Origin: a phage | Length of the DNA stretch: 64,000 nt | Sequence record: PZ386969.1 | Strand: one strand, 5' to 3' | Shown here: positions 27,745 through 37,202 of the stretch, piece after piece | How the letters are laid out: every line of letters starts with the position of its first letter | Position numbering within the stretch: position 1 is the first letter of the stretch | Translations under genes and position numbers: made by a program | Notes under the pieces: model-generated | The model's input: only the letters and a program-made list of their open reading frames with translations | What the model was told of the DNA's origin: nothing | Database searches by the model: none

Positions 27745-28305
27745 TTAAAGGCGGGAATCCAGCCAGGCGTTCTTTTCGTTCTGCCACTCCCAAGCGGCCT
27801 GACCGCCTGCCATGATCACTTCCAGGGAAGGAGTATTGTCATCCTCGCCACCGTGAAGGTCAGGGTCGAAGCCGTCATCTTCAGGATCGTCTTCGCATTC
27901 ATTCTGATAAGCGGAATATTCGATGTAATGGGCTTCAGCATCGCAATCCATGTCACCCAGAGCAGCCTCAAGAGTCATTTTACCTTCGGCAATCAGCTCG
28001 GCAGTCGCATCGTCCAGGCCTGCGTCTTTCGCTTCAACGAACAGTTCGTGACGTTTCTGGAAAAGGAAGAAGTTCATGGCTTCAATGCGTGAGTCGAAGT
28101 ACTCTTTGCGGGGAATCATGATTTCACGACCATCGACTTTGCTTACCATCAGCAGGCATGAACCGTATTCAACCAGGTAGCGACCGCCTTTCACTGGGTT
28201 GGAACCGTCAATTGTTCCCAGAGTGGTGATTGCGCGGCCTTCTTCAGTTCCGTACATTACAGTTTTACCAGATTTGGATTGAGTGATAATTTCGATTGCC
28301 ATGAT
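27745..28305 (-). CDS. hypothetical protein (186 aa from ATG at 28305), acidic C-terminal half
   Basis: track start moved to ATG with AGAAGGAAA upstream. Confidence 0.45.
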   Translation of the reverse strand: MMAIEIITQSKSGKTVMYGTEEGRAITTLGTIDGSNPVKGGRYLVEYGSCLLMVSKVDGREIMIPRKEYFDSRIEAMNFFLFQKRHELFVEAKDAGLDDATAELIAEGKMTLEAALGDMDCDAEAHYIEYSAYQNECEDDPEDDGFDPDLHGGEDDNTPSLEVIMAGGQAAWEWQNEKNAWLDSRL

Positions 28306-28397
28306 GTATTTCCTTCTCTTCAGATTGTTGTTTGTTCGTACTACAATTAGAAGTATACGCCAGTTATTGAAGAAGTAAACTTTATTCAATAAATATT

Positions 28398-28610
28398 TTA
28401 ATAAATTTTGAACTCTGCTCCCCTGTACGTCGCCTTCCCTCGTTCTATGAGGCCGTCAGGGACAATTACCTTTGTCGGCCAACCACCATCTGGAGCCTTA
28501 ACAGTCAGGCGCGTCTTGTGATCGCCTAGCTGTGTTTGTTCATAAATCCTTCCGCGCACTATCGTCGCCCCGCCTTGGGTGACAAGCAATCTCTTGTTTA
28601 CCACATTCAT
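28398..28610 (-). CDS. small hypothetical protein (70 aa)
   Basis: ORF track. Confidence 0.35.
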   Translation of the reverse strand: MNVVNKRLLVTQGGATIVRGRIYEQTQLGDHKTRLTVKAPDGGWPTKVIVPDGLIERGKATYRGAEFKIY

Positions 28611-28630
28611 TCCCTAAACACCAAAAGAAA

Positions 28631-28646
28631 GGGGAGTTTCCTCCCC
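28631..28646. repeat. palindromic hairpin GGGGAGTTTCCTCCCC (identical copy at 48255..48270)
   Basis: exact 16-mer at two loci, both just downstream of a stop codon. Confidence 0.6.
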
Positions 28647-28652
28647 TTGAAC

Positions 28653-29225
28653 TTATTTCTTCAGATCAGGCCACGCACCAGAGGTCGCAGTAGACCCAGC
28701 TGGGGGAGCAGACTCAAGATCGGGAGCACCCGACTGAGTAACAACAGTGGGATCTTTCTGTACGACCCGAACCCCAAATTGCTTGAGAGCATCCATAGCT
28801 TGGGCTTTTCGCCTGTTGCTTTTGTAGTGGTTGTAGCCTTTGATACCGAATGATGCACTAATTGCTGTCAATAACGAATAGGTATACCATTCAGGTGCGG
28901 TATCTAGTGCCTGAAGGCCACCGATTACTGCTTTGATGAAATCCCCTTTATGATACTCACCAGGGAACAGAAACAGTTCCACAACCGGAGCAGTCATGAC
29001 GAGGATGGCGGGTATGGCCAACACGATAGTCCAGAATTCGTCTTTCCAAGACCCGCCGACTTCGGTAATCTTAGACAGCTCCCAATCTGAGGAGGACTTG
29101 ATGGCCTCCAGCTTGACGTCGTGTTTGGCCTGTACAACTTCCCGCTTATATTGGATCAAATCAGTCCCGAGGTTCCAGAGTTGCTTGAGCGCCCCTGGGA
29201 TCATACCAACGAGGGGGATTGCCAT
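28653..29225 (-). CDS. membrane protein (190 aa from ATG at 29225)
   Basis: track start 29243 is TTG; ATG 29225 has AAGGAG upstream; two hydrophobic segments. Confidence 0.5.
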   Translation of the reverse strand: MAIPLVGMIPGALKQLWNLGTDLIQYKREVVQAKHDVKLEAIKSSSDWELSKITEVGGSWKDEFWTIVLAIPAILVMTAPVVELFLFPGEYHKGDFIKAVIGGLQALDTAPEWYTYSLLTAISASFGIKGYNHYKSNRRKAQAMDALKQFGVRVVQKDPTVVTQSGAPDLESAPPAGSTATSGAWPDLKK

Positions 29226-29304
29226 AATAAACTCCTTGGTCAATGAATGGCTCTATGGTTAAATATGCCCACGTGCTAACGGCACGGATAACCTGGAGAA
29301 TTAC

Positions 29305-32304
29305 ATGACCGTTTTCTATACGAACGTTGCCCGCAGGGGCAATGACCTGTTGATTCGAATTGCAGATGACATGGGTAATCGCCGTCTGTTGAAAAAGAAA
29401 TTCGAACCCACTCTCTATTTACCCACGGCTGACTATTCAAATGTTGAAAAGGTCGGCCTTCTCAATGAACCCCTGGTAGCCAAGCAGTTCCCTTCCATGC
29501 GTGACGCTGATAACTATCTTGAAGAGTACAAGGAAGTCCAGGGTGCTGCCATTTACGGGCAGACCGATTATGCATACCAGTTCATCGCCCATAGCTTTCC
29601 TGGAAAGATTGAGCCGGATTATTCCAACATCCATATTGCTAACCTCGATATCGAAGTGTTCTCCGCCGGGTGGAAAGATGGAAAGATGACCAAAGGTCCA
29701 TTCCCTCACCCAACCATTGAGCAGCAGACGTTCAAAGGGAATGAGGCGCGCATTCGCCGCTTCCATCAGCAGGTACTGGCCAACCATGACTTCATCCGTG
29801 AGCACTTTCCCAGTTCCTTTATCAGCAACAACGTCACTGATAAGTTCCCTATCATTGACAGCAACGGCAAGATCACCCAAGACATGAATGCGGCGTTCCC
29901 CATTACCCTGATCCAGCTTCAGGACATGGCGACCAATAAGTTCATGGTGTGGGGTATGCCGTGCGCGAAGGATCGTGCGAAGTTCAGATACGATCCAGAA
30001 GACGCGGAGATCGGTGGACTTGAGGTGGAGTACAAGGAGTTTGTCACCGAGCAGGATCTGCTGCGATCTTTCCTTGACTTCTGGTCACAGCGTCAGTTCG
30101 ACGGCTGGACAGGTTGGAACATTGAGACGTTTGATAGTCCTTATCTTGTTGAGCGCATGAATCAGGTTCTGGGTGAGGCTGAAACGTCGCGCCTCAGTCC
30201 TTGGGGCATCATTAAGAAGCGCATCATCCGTGATAAGAAGGGTGACATCACGACGTATCAGTTCGTGGGTTGCCCTATGCTCGATTATATGCAGATCTAC
30301 AAGAAGCACACGTACACCACCCGTGAACGCTACTCTCTTGACTGGATTGCTTACTGTGAGCTGGGTGAGAAGAAGATGGACTACAGTGAGAGCAAGTCGC
30401 TCTTTGATCTGTACTTCAACGACTACTGCAAACACACCCGATATGGTATCAAAGACGTTAAGCTGGTATGGCGACTTGAACAGAAGCTGCGCCTGCTCCA
30501 GCTGATGTTCGTCCTGGCCTACCGCACCAAGTCCAACTATGAAGACGGTCTGGGCACTGTGGCTCCGTGGCTGGCCATGTGCTACTATCGCCTGTACGAG
30601 AAGGGGATAGTGCCTAAGATCCAGCGTGTATACGATGGTCCGACCGAATTTGAGGGTGCATACGTCATGGATGTGACACCAGGAATCTACTTCTGGGTCT
30701 TCTCGGAAGATTTGAACTCCCTGTATCCTCACATCATTCAGCAGTACAACCTCGGTCCTGAGACTATCGTTGGCGACAAACACCAGCGCCGTGAGATCAT
30801 TGAGGCTATGTGTGAAGAGCTTGCTGCTCAGATGAATAACATGGCAACGCCGATGCACAAACGTCGGTTGATGAAAGCCCTTCACGACAAGCTGTTGCGT
30901 GCGGTTGACGAACGCCTGCAGGTTGTTGATGAGTTGGTTGCCCTGGGTGAGTTCCACTTTGAAACCCTGCGCCGCTACAACGTGTCGTTCACGCCGAACG
31001 TTCAATTCTTCAGCAACGAGAAGATGTCGTTCCTGTCTGAAATCATGCGTGGTATCTACAGCGACCGTAAAGTAGAGAAAGCCAAGGGTCTGAAGTATGA
31101 GCAGTGGGCTGGTTGGTGTAAAGAGATGTCGAAGGGCGACTTCCATCTTGAGTCTGCCATGAAGTCTCGCTACTATGACCCAGAGTGGTATGAAGAGCAC
31201 AAGAACATTGATCTTGATGCCCTGACCGAAGTGATGAAGAAGTGGGAAGATCTGGGTGTTGCTCAAGATACCCTTCAGCAAGGTCTGAAGATCTTGATGA
31301 ACGCAGGTTATGGCGCGATCTCAAACGTCTGGTTCAAAGAGTACTTCAACCTCAACATTGCCGAAGCCATCACCACATCCGGTCAGCTGATCAACAAGTG
31401 GAACAAGCGTTACACTGATGACTATCTGAACAAGCTGTGTGGTACAACAGGCCAGGACTTCGTCATCGCAGGGGATACCGACTCCAACTACATCTGTATT
31501 GAGCGTCTTGTCAAGCAGTTGTGGCCTGATGTTACTGACCATCATGCTATGGTTGATAATATCGACCAATGGATCAAAGACAACTACCAGCCGAAGACCA
31601 ATGAGTGGGCACAGCTTCTGTGTAACACCATGAACGGATTTGAACAGCGTATGGTATGGGAGCGTGAGGTCATTGCGTCAGCCGCTGTCTGGCGAGCCAA
31701 GAAGATGTATGCCATGGCCGTGTACGACAGTGAGGGTATCAAGTATGAGAAGCCGAAGATCAAGTTCAAAGGTCTGGAAGCCCGCAAGTCCACCACGCCG
31801 GAATGGTGTCGTGAGCGCCTTGTCAAGTGCTATGAGAAGATCCTACTCGGCACCGAAGAGGAAGTACAGACGCTCATCTCCCAGTACAAAGAGGAGTATA
31901 TGAAACTCTCTGTAGACGATATCGCCAAGGCGTCAGGCGTGTCCGACATAGAGAAGTGTGTGGCTGCTGACGGATCGTTTATATCTGGTGCTCATTTTGC
32001 CGCCAAGGCGTGTGTGGGCTACAACCGTCTGGTTGAGAAGAACGAAGATCTGGGTCTACCGATGATCGAGTCGGGTGATAAGGTACAGATGGTGTTGTTG
32101 AAGCCGGGCAACCCGTTTGGGCAGAACTACTTTGCATATCCTGAGTTCTTCCCTGAGGAGCTTGGTCTGGGCAAATGGGTGGATTATCAGGCGGCCTTTG
32201 AGAAGTCCTTCATTGATCCGATTCAGTCTATCCTCGACGTGGTCGGCTGGTCACACAAGCGCCGTGTGAACCTTCTTGCCATGATGCAAAAGAAGAAAGG
32301 TTGA
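29305..32304 (+). CDS. DNA polymerase, family B (T4 gp43-like)
   Basis: exonuclease motif LDIEVF, polymerase motif A DLNSLYP, motif B KILMNAGYG, motif C AGDTDS; 999 aa. Confidence 0.9.
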   Translation: MTVFYTNVARRGNDLLIRIADDMGNRRLLKKKFEPTLYLPTADYSNVEKVGLLNEPLVAKQFPSMRDADNYLEEYKEVQGAAIYGQTDYAYQFIAHSFPGKIEPDYSNIHIANLDIEVFSAGWKDGKMTKGPFPHPTIEQQTFKGNEARIRRFHQQVLANHDFIREHFPSSFISNNVTDKFPIIDSNGKITQDMNAAFPITLIQLQDMATNKFMVWGMPCAKDRAKFRYDPEDAEIGGLEVEYKEFVTEQDLLRSFLDFWSQRQFDGWTGWNIETFDSPYLVERMNQVLGEAETSRLSPWGIIKKRIIRDKKGDITTYQFVGCPMLDYMQIYKKHTYTTRERYSLDWIAYCELGEKKMDYSESKSLFDLYFNDYCKHTRYGIKDVKLVWRLEQKLRLLQLMFVLAYRTKSNYEDGLGTVAPWLAMCYYRLYEKGIVPKIQRVYDGPTEFEGAYVMDVTPGIYFWVFSEDLNSLYPHIIQQYNLGPETIVGDKHQRREIIEAMCEELAAQMNNMATPMHKRRLMKALHDKLLRAVDERLQVVDELVALGEFHFETLRRYNVSFTPNVQFFSNEKMSFLSEIMRGIYSDRKVEKAKGLKYEQWAGWCKEMSKGDFHLESAMKSRYYDPEWYEEHKNIDLDALTEVMKKWEDLGVAQDTLQQGLKILMNAGYGAISNVWFKEYFNLNIAEAITTSGQLINKWNKRYTDDYLNKLCGTTGQDFVIAGDTDSNYICIERLVKQLWPDVTDHHAMVDNIDQWIKDNYQPKTNEWAQLLCNTMNGFEQRMVWEREVIASAAVWRAKKMYAMAVYDSEGIKYEKPKIKFKGLEARKSTTPEWCRERLVKCYEKILLGTEEEVQTLISQYKEEYMKLSVDDIAKASGVSDIEKCVAADGSFISGAHFAAKACVGYNRLVEKNEDLGLPMIESGDKVQMVLLKPGNPFGQNYFAYPEFFPEELGLGKWVDYQAAFEKSFIDPIQSILDVVGWSHKRRVNLLAMMQKKKG

Positions 32305-32315
32305 TTCAATAAACC

Positions 32316-32340
32316 AAAGGGGGATATAATTCCCCCTGTT
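32316..32340 (+). terminator. hairpin after polymerase gene, preceded by TTGATTCAATAAA
   Basis: AAAGGGGGA-TATAAT-TCCCCCTGTT. Confidence 0.5.
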
Positions 32341-32366
32341 AACCCTTTGACAAACAGGTGATTGAA

Positions 32367-32708
32367 ATGAAACTCAATAAGATTCTTCTGGTGTGCGCTC
32401 TGGCTTTCTCTACCACTGCGTGTTCCACCCTTCTGGACGTTGCGTCTACTGTAGACCTTGACGCGCCGACGTTCACCAATGAGCAGGCTGTGTCCAAGAT
32501 GGAAGACACCATTAAGGCGCATGCGGCGTTGGATAACGCCACCCCAGGTCCGCTCCAAACTGTCTGCAACTATGACGATTCCATCCAGGAAGACGAAACT
32601 TACCACTGCATCACCTACGTGAAGCAGGCCTCCGTCGTTCTGTATGCAGATTGTACCGAAGAACAGTGTGTTGCTACAGGCTACGATAAAGTTGAGGAAG
32701 ACAAATGA
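32367..32708 (+). CDS. putative secreted or lipoprotein (113 aa from ATG)
   Basis: track start is GTG; ATG 32367 with AGGTG upstream; N-terminal KLNKILLVCALAFSTTAC signal-like sequence with Cys. Confidence 0.45.
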   Translation: MKLNKILLVCALAFSTTACSTLLDVASTVDLDAPTFTNEQAVSKMEDTIKAHAALDNATPGPLQTVCNYDDSIQEDETYHCITYVKQASVVLYADCTEEQCVATGYDKVEEDK

Positions 32709-33484
32709 ACAACCTGGTTTGTATCTATGATATGAAATCAAAGGTCGGTGGCCTGTATCGCGTCCTCGTGGATGTTGACCTGACGTTGGTCGACAGCCTC
32801 TCCCCTTGGGTGCAGTGGTTTAACGAAGAGAACATCGCCGCCGCTGCTATCGCTACGGGGGAACATAAGTCATACCAGTTCCAGCCGATTACCAAAGAGT
32901 GTTATATGTCCCATGCTGGCGACCTGGCTATTCTGATGCGTGAACGTGCGCATCCGGCGTGGCTATACCATGAAGTCCAATTGGGGATGCACAAACAACG
33001 TGTGCCAAGCGGTAACGATCCTATGGACTGGTGGCGTCGCCCTGACTTGTACGCCAAGATGAACCCGCTCCCCGGCGCTTACGAGTTCCTGGTAAATCTG
33101 AAGGATATCTTGCTTGAAGATTTCGACAATGTTGAATTCATCGCAGTGTCCAAGTGCGAGCCGGAACACGAGCGCAGCAAGCGTCAGTTTGTCTATGACA
33201 AGTTCCCTGGTATCTTCAACGGGTTTGTCAGCACCGACGAAAAGCATCTGCTGGCTGGCGATGTCCTGATTGATGACAATCCGAAGTATGTCGAGCCGTG
33301 CGGCCTGAACAACATCTTTGTCATCTTTGTTCCTCAGGGCAATTATGAAAAACTGGATCTTTCGAATTCGGAAGACATGCTTTATATTAAACCAGTAGAA
33401 GGCCAGAATCACTTCGACTTCCTGAATTACAATATTGTTGAAGTGGTTAACCGCCTGATTAGTCATTATCAATACGTCCGATAG
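32705..33484 (+). CDS. HAD-superfamily hydrolase, possibly a nucleotidase
   Basis: HAD motif I VLVDVDLTLVD near N-terminus; overlaps previous stop. Confidence 0.45.
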   Translation: MNNLVCIYDMKSKVGGLYRVLVDVDLTLVDSLSPWVQWFNEENIAAAAIATGEHKSYQFQPITKECYMSHAGDLAILMRERAHPAWLYHEVQLGMHKQRVPSGNDPMDWWRRPDLYAKMNPLPGAYEFLVNLKDILLEDFDNVEFIAVSKCEPEHERSKRQFVYDKFPGIFNGFVSTDEKHLLAGDVLIDDNPKYVEPCGLNNIFVIFVPQGNYEKLDLSNSEDMLYIKPVEGQNHFDFLNYNIVEVVNRLISHYQYVR

Positions 33485-33493
33485 GAGGACATC

Positions 33494-33799
33494 GTGCAAG
33501 AACAATCCAAGTTTGGGGAAACCCCAGACAAGCGTTCCGGTGATAGCGACATGGATAGCGTGATTAACCATGTGAACAACTTCATTCGCCAGCAGGAGAC
33601 TCCAACTCCTATCGGTGCAGCCAAGGCTCTTCATGATGTACTGGTGAAGATCGGCCAGCGCTCTGAAGCGGATGAAATCTTCTATAACTTTGACGACCAG
33701 TATAAAGTTAAGTTTGAAGAGAATGGCCGCCCACAGGTTGCTGTGTTCTGGGCACCTTGGTTGGGCGGCGTGAGCTGGCGTATTGAGGATGCTGTGTAA
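33494..33799 (+). CDS. hypothetical protein (101 aa), probable GTG start
   Basis: AGGAGG 5 nt upstream of GTG; abuts next gene. Confidence 0.4.
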   Translation: MQEQSKFGETPDKRSGDSDMDSVINHVNNFIRQQETPTPIGAAKALHDVLVKIGQRSEADEIFYNFDDQYKVKFEENGRPQVAVFWAPWLGGVSWRIEDAV

Positions 33800-34704
33800 T
33801 GGCAAAAATTATCGTAGTGAAAGGAACCAGCGGTACGGGTAAGGGCACCCGTGTTGTCCAGTTCATCGAATGGCTGCGCACTAAGCTGGAGCCTACCGAA
33901 CTGACCTACACCGTTGGTGACAAGACTCGCCCGTTTGGCCTGAAGTTCGGAGAGCTGAAGTTAATCTTCGTTGGGCAGTACACCGTGTCTAACAAATCCG
34001 GTCTGGCTTCTTGGACGTCGATGGACGCCATTCATGCTGCTACAGGCTCAGGCGATATTGCTCGTGATCTAATCAAGTGCTGGTTGGTTCAGGGATACAC
34101 TCTGGTGTGTGAGGGCGAACCTCTCATGCTATCGGACAAATGGCGTCCTGAATGGATGTTCAAGAACTATCCGATTGAATCATTGGCGCTGCTGTACTTT
34201 GCGTACCCCGACCGCTATCAGTACGATGCTCGTATCCGTGGTCGATCTGGTAAAGAAGCAGGGAACTCCGGCTGGTCGCGCAACGAATCTTACTACAAGG
34301 AGTTTGAGAAGTCGAAGGCCGAAATGCTGGCACTGGGGTGGAACGTTTTGGCAGATGTGTACAGCGGACAGGATGTTGAGTACATGAAACCTTCTCCAAA
34401 TGAGTGGGAAATGGACCCACGCAGCGAGCTGGCAGTCATGCCGTTTGATGCCCCTCTTTGGGTTGTTGGGGATGCTATCGCTTATCAGATGGATATCGGT
34501 GTGGTCGACCTTGACATCAAAGACTTCTATGCTTTCTGTGAAACCAATCCGATGACTCGTGAAATCGGCGGCCAAGATCCTTTGGCGCACAGAGTCCCTG
34601 AGAAGCCGCAGAAGGCATCCAAAACTAAAACCAAGGCGAGCGCCCAGCCAGAAGCAACGAAGGCAGCGTCGCGCTCTCTCCTTGACCTGATGAAGAAGGG
34701 GTGA
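33799..34704 (+). CDS. P-loop kinase-like protein; candidate nucleotide or DNA-base kinase
   Basis: Walker A GTSGTGKGT at residues 9-17; start overlaps previous stop (TAATG). Confidence 0.45.
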   Translation: MAKIIVVKGTSGTGKGTRVVQFIEWLRTKLEPTELTYTVGDKTRPFGLKFGELKLIFVGQYTVSNKSGLASWTSMDAIHAATGSGDIARDLIKCWLVQGYTLVCEGEPLMLSDKWRPEWMFKNYPIESLALLYFAYPDRYQYDARIRGRSGKEAGNSGWSRNESYYKEFEKSKAEMLALGWNVLADVYSGQDVEYMKPSPNEWEMDPRSELAVMPFDAPLWVVGDAIAYQMDIGVVDLDIKDFYAFCETNPMTREIGGQDPLAHRVPEKPQKASKTKTKASAQPEATKAASRSLLDLMKKG

Positions 34705-34904
34705 TCATGAAACGGTTGTCTAATTATCTGTTGTTCATTGGTCTGGTTATGGCAGCCGTTTCAATGTGTACTGCCCTAGCCTATCATTTCACCCCTCTGG
34801 ACTTAACAACCTCAGAGAAGTTGAACGTGACTGTGATGTACTGTATTGGCGCGGTGATGTCTATCGGCGCTGCTGGTTACAAAATATTCAAGGAACCAAA
34901 ATGA
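34701..34904 (+). CDS. small membrane protein (67 aa)
   Basis: ORF track; hydrophobic helices; ATGA overlap with next gene. Confidence 0.4.
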   Translation: MIMKRLSNYLLFIGLVMAAVSMCTALAYHFTPLDLTTSEKLNVTVMYCIGAVMSIGAAGYKIFKEPK

Positions 34905-35278
34905 AAATTCAAATCCCTCGCGATGCTGTGGCTGTTGCGATTGACTACACCGGAAACGCCAAGCACATTACTGCCGTGCGCCTGATTCCTGAAAAGAACT
35001 GCGTCATCCCTCAGTTCCAGCTGAATGCCAATCCGTCGTCCAAAGACTTCGGTAAGTGGTTGCAGGCTGCTCCGTTCCGTACCCAGACGAATGCCCAGAT
35101 GTTCATCTCGGGTAAGACCCACACTGTAGCCCGTCTTTGGTTTGTGACCGCCGACCGCCGCTTCATCGATATGTGGGAACGTCCGATGGGGTTCGTGAAG
35201 CCGGAAGATATTCAGCTGGCTCCTGAGCCTGAAGCTGTGGCTCCTGAAGAGGAAGCGAAAGATGCATCATTTATCTAA
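34901..35278 (+). CDS. hypothetical protein (125 aa)
   Basis: ATG 34901 with AGGAACC upstream; track ORF 34766 trimmed. Confidence 0.45.
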   Translation: MKIQIPRDAVAVAIDYTGNAKHITAVRLIPEKNCVIPQFQLNANPSSKDFGKWLQAAPFRTQTNAQMFISGKTHTVARLWFVTADRRFIDMWERPMGFVKPEDIQLAPEPEAVAPEEEAKDASFI

Positions 35279-36500
35279 AATGCCGACGGGTTATACGCCT
35301 CCGGCTGAATGGAAGTACCCGATTGACCTGGCTGTTGATTATCGCAAGCCTGAGAATCGCATGTACCTGCTCAAGGCTTGGGTGGAGGCGCTGTCCTACA
35401 CAGAAGAGCACAACCAGCAGATGCGTCTGATGGACTATGCGATCGAAGTCACTGAAGGCATCAGCCTCGAACAGAAAGTCGAGCGCAAGATCTGGATGGC
35501 ATTCCTGTGGGGTTGTTGCTATAACGCCGTCGGACCGTGGACGATCTACAGTGAGTTCCCTGTGCCGCCTCAGTCTAAGGAAGAGATGCAGCGCTTCTCT
35601 GATTGGTATAATCTGAACTTTGAACGCATGCGATTCGATACCGACTGTCGCTACCGCAAGTCCAAGATGATTCCGTGTGTTCAGTCCTATATTGACTGGC
35701 TGGCTGGCCGTACTCAATATGACGCTTTCCGTGGGATGTTGGTGTGCATCGATAAGACAGAACAATTCACCCAGCTGTGGGACACGGCGATGTCCTGGAA
35801 ATACTTCGGTCGCCTGAGCGCCTGGAACTTCCTGGAAGCCCTGAACATGGTCTTCGGGAACGAATACACCATTGACGTCCCTGGCTTCATGCTGCGTGAT
35901 CGTGATGGAAGCGAGTCCAACCGTAATGGCGCGGCGTTCTTGTCCAACCGTGACGATTGGGTGACTAAACACGGGAAGAAAAAGATCAACGGTTGTCCTA
36001 TCACGGATGAAGAGTGTGACATCCTTGAGGCCGACCTTGAGCAGGCGTTCCAGGATTGTGTGGCTGAGTTCGGGCACCTGACGTTCATCAACCGCCTGAA
36101 CTTTGAAACCTCCGGTGCTTGTTGGCTGAAGAAATTCTTCCGACTGAAGAATACCCGTTACATCGGGTGGGACGCAGAGCGTACCTGGGATGAGATAGAC
36201 TACATGGAACGCGTCTGGCCTGAATACTCCTGCGCAGCGCTCTGGGAAGCCCGTTCGCTCTGGCTGCCAGATACCCTGTTATGTGAAAAGGCTCCTGCAG
36301 GGCACGTTCCAGGCGTCCAGAAGTGGAAGATGCCTGTATTCTTTGAGACTGGTGTTCCTCTGCATATCTGGCACCTGCAAAAGGGTACGCGCTGGGAACC
36401 ATCCGAGGTATGTACGAACCTGAAGATGCCTGTGCGCAAGGTTGAGGACAAGCAGCCGCGCAAACATAGCGTCAACCTCATGACACTCTTGAAACGCTGA
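35262..36500 (+). CDS. hypothetical protein (412 aa); possible DNA-modification enzyme by context
   Basis: ORF track; GAGGAAG ribosome site; sits with kinase, HAD and PLP genes beside the polymerase; no motif confirmed. Confidence 0.3.
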   Translation: MHHLSKMPTGYTPPAEWKYPIDLAVDYRKPENRMYLLKAWVEALSYTEEHNQQMRLMDYAIEVTEGISLEQKVERKIWMAFLWGCCYNAVGPWTIYSEFPVPPQSKEEMQRFSDWYNLNFERMRFDTDCRYRKSKMIPCVQSYIDWLAGRTQYDAFRGMLVCIDKTEQFTQLWDTAMSWKYFGRLSAWNFLEALNMVFGNEYTIDVPGFMLRDRDGSESNRNGAAFLSNRDDWVTKHGKKKINGCPITDEECDILEADLEQAFQDCVAEFGHLTFINRLNFETSGACWLKKFFRLKNTRYIGWDAERTWDEIDYMERVWPEYSCAALWEARSLWLPDTLLCEKAPAGHVPGVQKWKMPVFFETGVPLHIWHLQKGTRWEPSEVCTNLKMPVRKVEDKQPRKHSVNLMTLLKR

Positions 36501-36536
36501 TATAAATATCCTCGCCTATAAAGTGAGGATATTATC

Positions 36537-36704
36537 ATGTTACAAGATCTGTTGGTGTACGCGCTTCCTGGCGTTGTTGTCGGTTTCGTAGCTGGTGCTC
36601 TGGTCTTCCGTAAACACGCGCAAGACGGTGAAGTGATTGTTCAGAAGGGTAAGGACATCCTGGAACAAATCGAAGCCAAGCTGGAAGAGCTGAAGAAAAA
36701 GTAA
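36537..36704 (+). CDS. small membrane protein (55 aa), not in ORF track
   Basis: ATG with GAGGA upstream; hydrophobic core LVYALPGVVVGFVAGALVF. Confidence 0.4.
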   Translation: MLQDLLVYALPGVVVGFVAGALVFRKHAQDGEVIVQKGKDILEQIEAKLEELKKK

Positions 36705-36721
36705 TCTGACTGCGGATTGCG

Positions 36722-36772
36722 TTCTTCAATAAAGGGGAATGGGTTAATATTAGCCCGTTCCCCTTTCTTTTT
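36722..36772 (+). terminator. terminator hairpin preceded by TTCTTCAATAAA
   Basis: AAAGGGGAATGGG-TTAATATTAG-CCCGTTCCCCTTT followed by CTTTTT. Confidence 0.55.
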
Positions 36773-36786
36773 GCAAGGATTGATTT

Positions 36787-36978
36787 ATGACACCTCAATA
36801 CAAAATATTGGTCACCAGCCGTTGTTATGCTTATGGACAGGGTGAAGCAATATCAGTACACACAGTTGTAGTTGATTTTGAAAACAAAGAACAAGCAGAT
36901 TTGGCATTCTATAATATGCAGCAGAGCACAGCTCCTGCCGATATTGGCGTTAAACAAGTTTATACGAAATTATACTGA
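36787..36978 (+). CDS. small hypothetical protein (63 aa)
   Basis: ORF track; AAGGA upstream. Confidence 0.35.
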   Translation: MTPQYKILVTSRCYAYGQGEAISVHTVVVDFENKEQADLAFYNMQQSTAPADIGVKQVYTKLY

Positions 36979-36989
36979 GGTCCTATATC

Positions 36990-37202
36990 ATGGCAATGCA
37001 ACGAATTGAAGACATGTCTGCGCTCGATATGGAAGCGACTTTTGGTGATTACTTTGAGTCCACCCCAAAACAAAAAGAACCTCTGGTTGGTCGTTTGGTT
37101 GTTTCTGAAGCGTTCGCCCAGAAGGTTCGCGAAGGTCTTCCTGCAGAATATAGTTGTTTCCGTAATGGCGCTCCTGTTATCGTCATGGGAGAATCTAAAT
37201 GA
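36990..37202 (+). CDS. small hypothetical protein (70 aa)
   Basis: ORF track. Confidence 0.35.
   Translation: MAMQRIEDMSALDMEATFGDYFESTPKQKEPLVGRLVVSEAFAQKVREGLPAEYSCFRNGAPVIVMGESK

Noticed and set aside
30085-31281. 398-aa minus-strand ORF inside the DNA polymerase gene
   Set aside because: Antisense to a confidently identified polymerase with catalytic motifs; low-complexity Leu/Val/His-rich translation
35271-36091. Minus-strand ORFs 35271..36077 and 35714..36091
   Set aside because: Antisense to plus-strand gene 35262..36500 in a uniformly plus-strand block; no start signals
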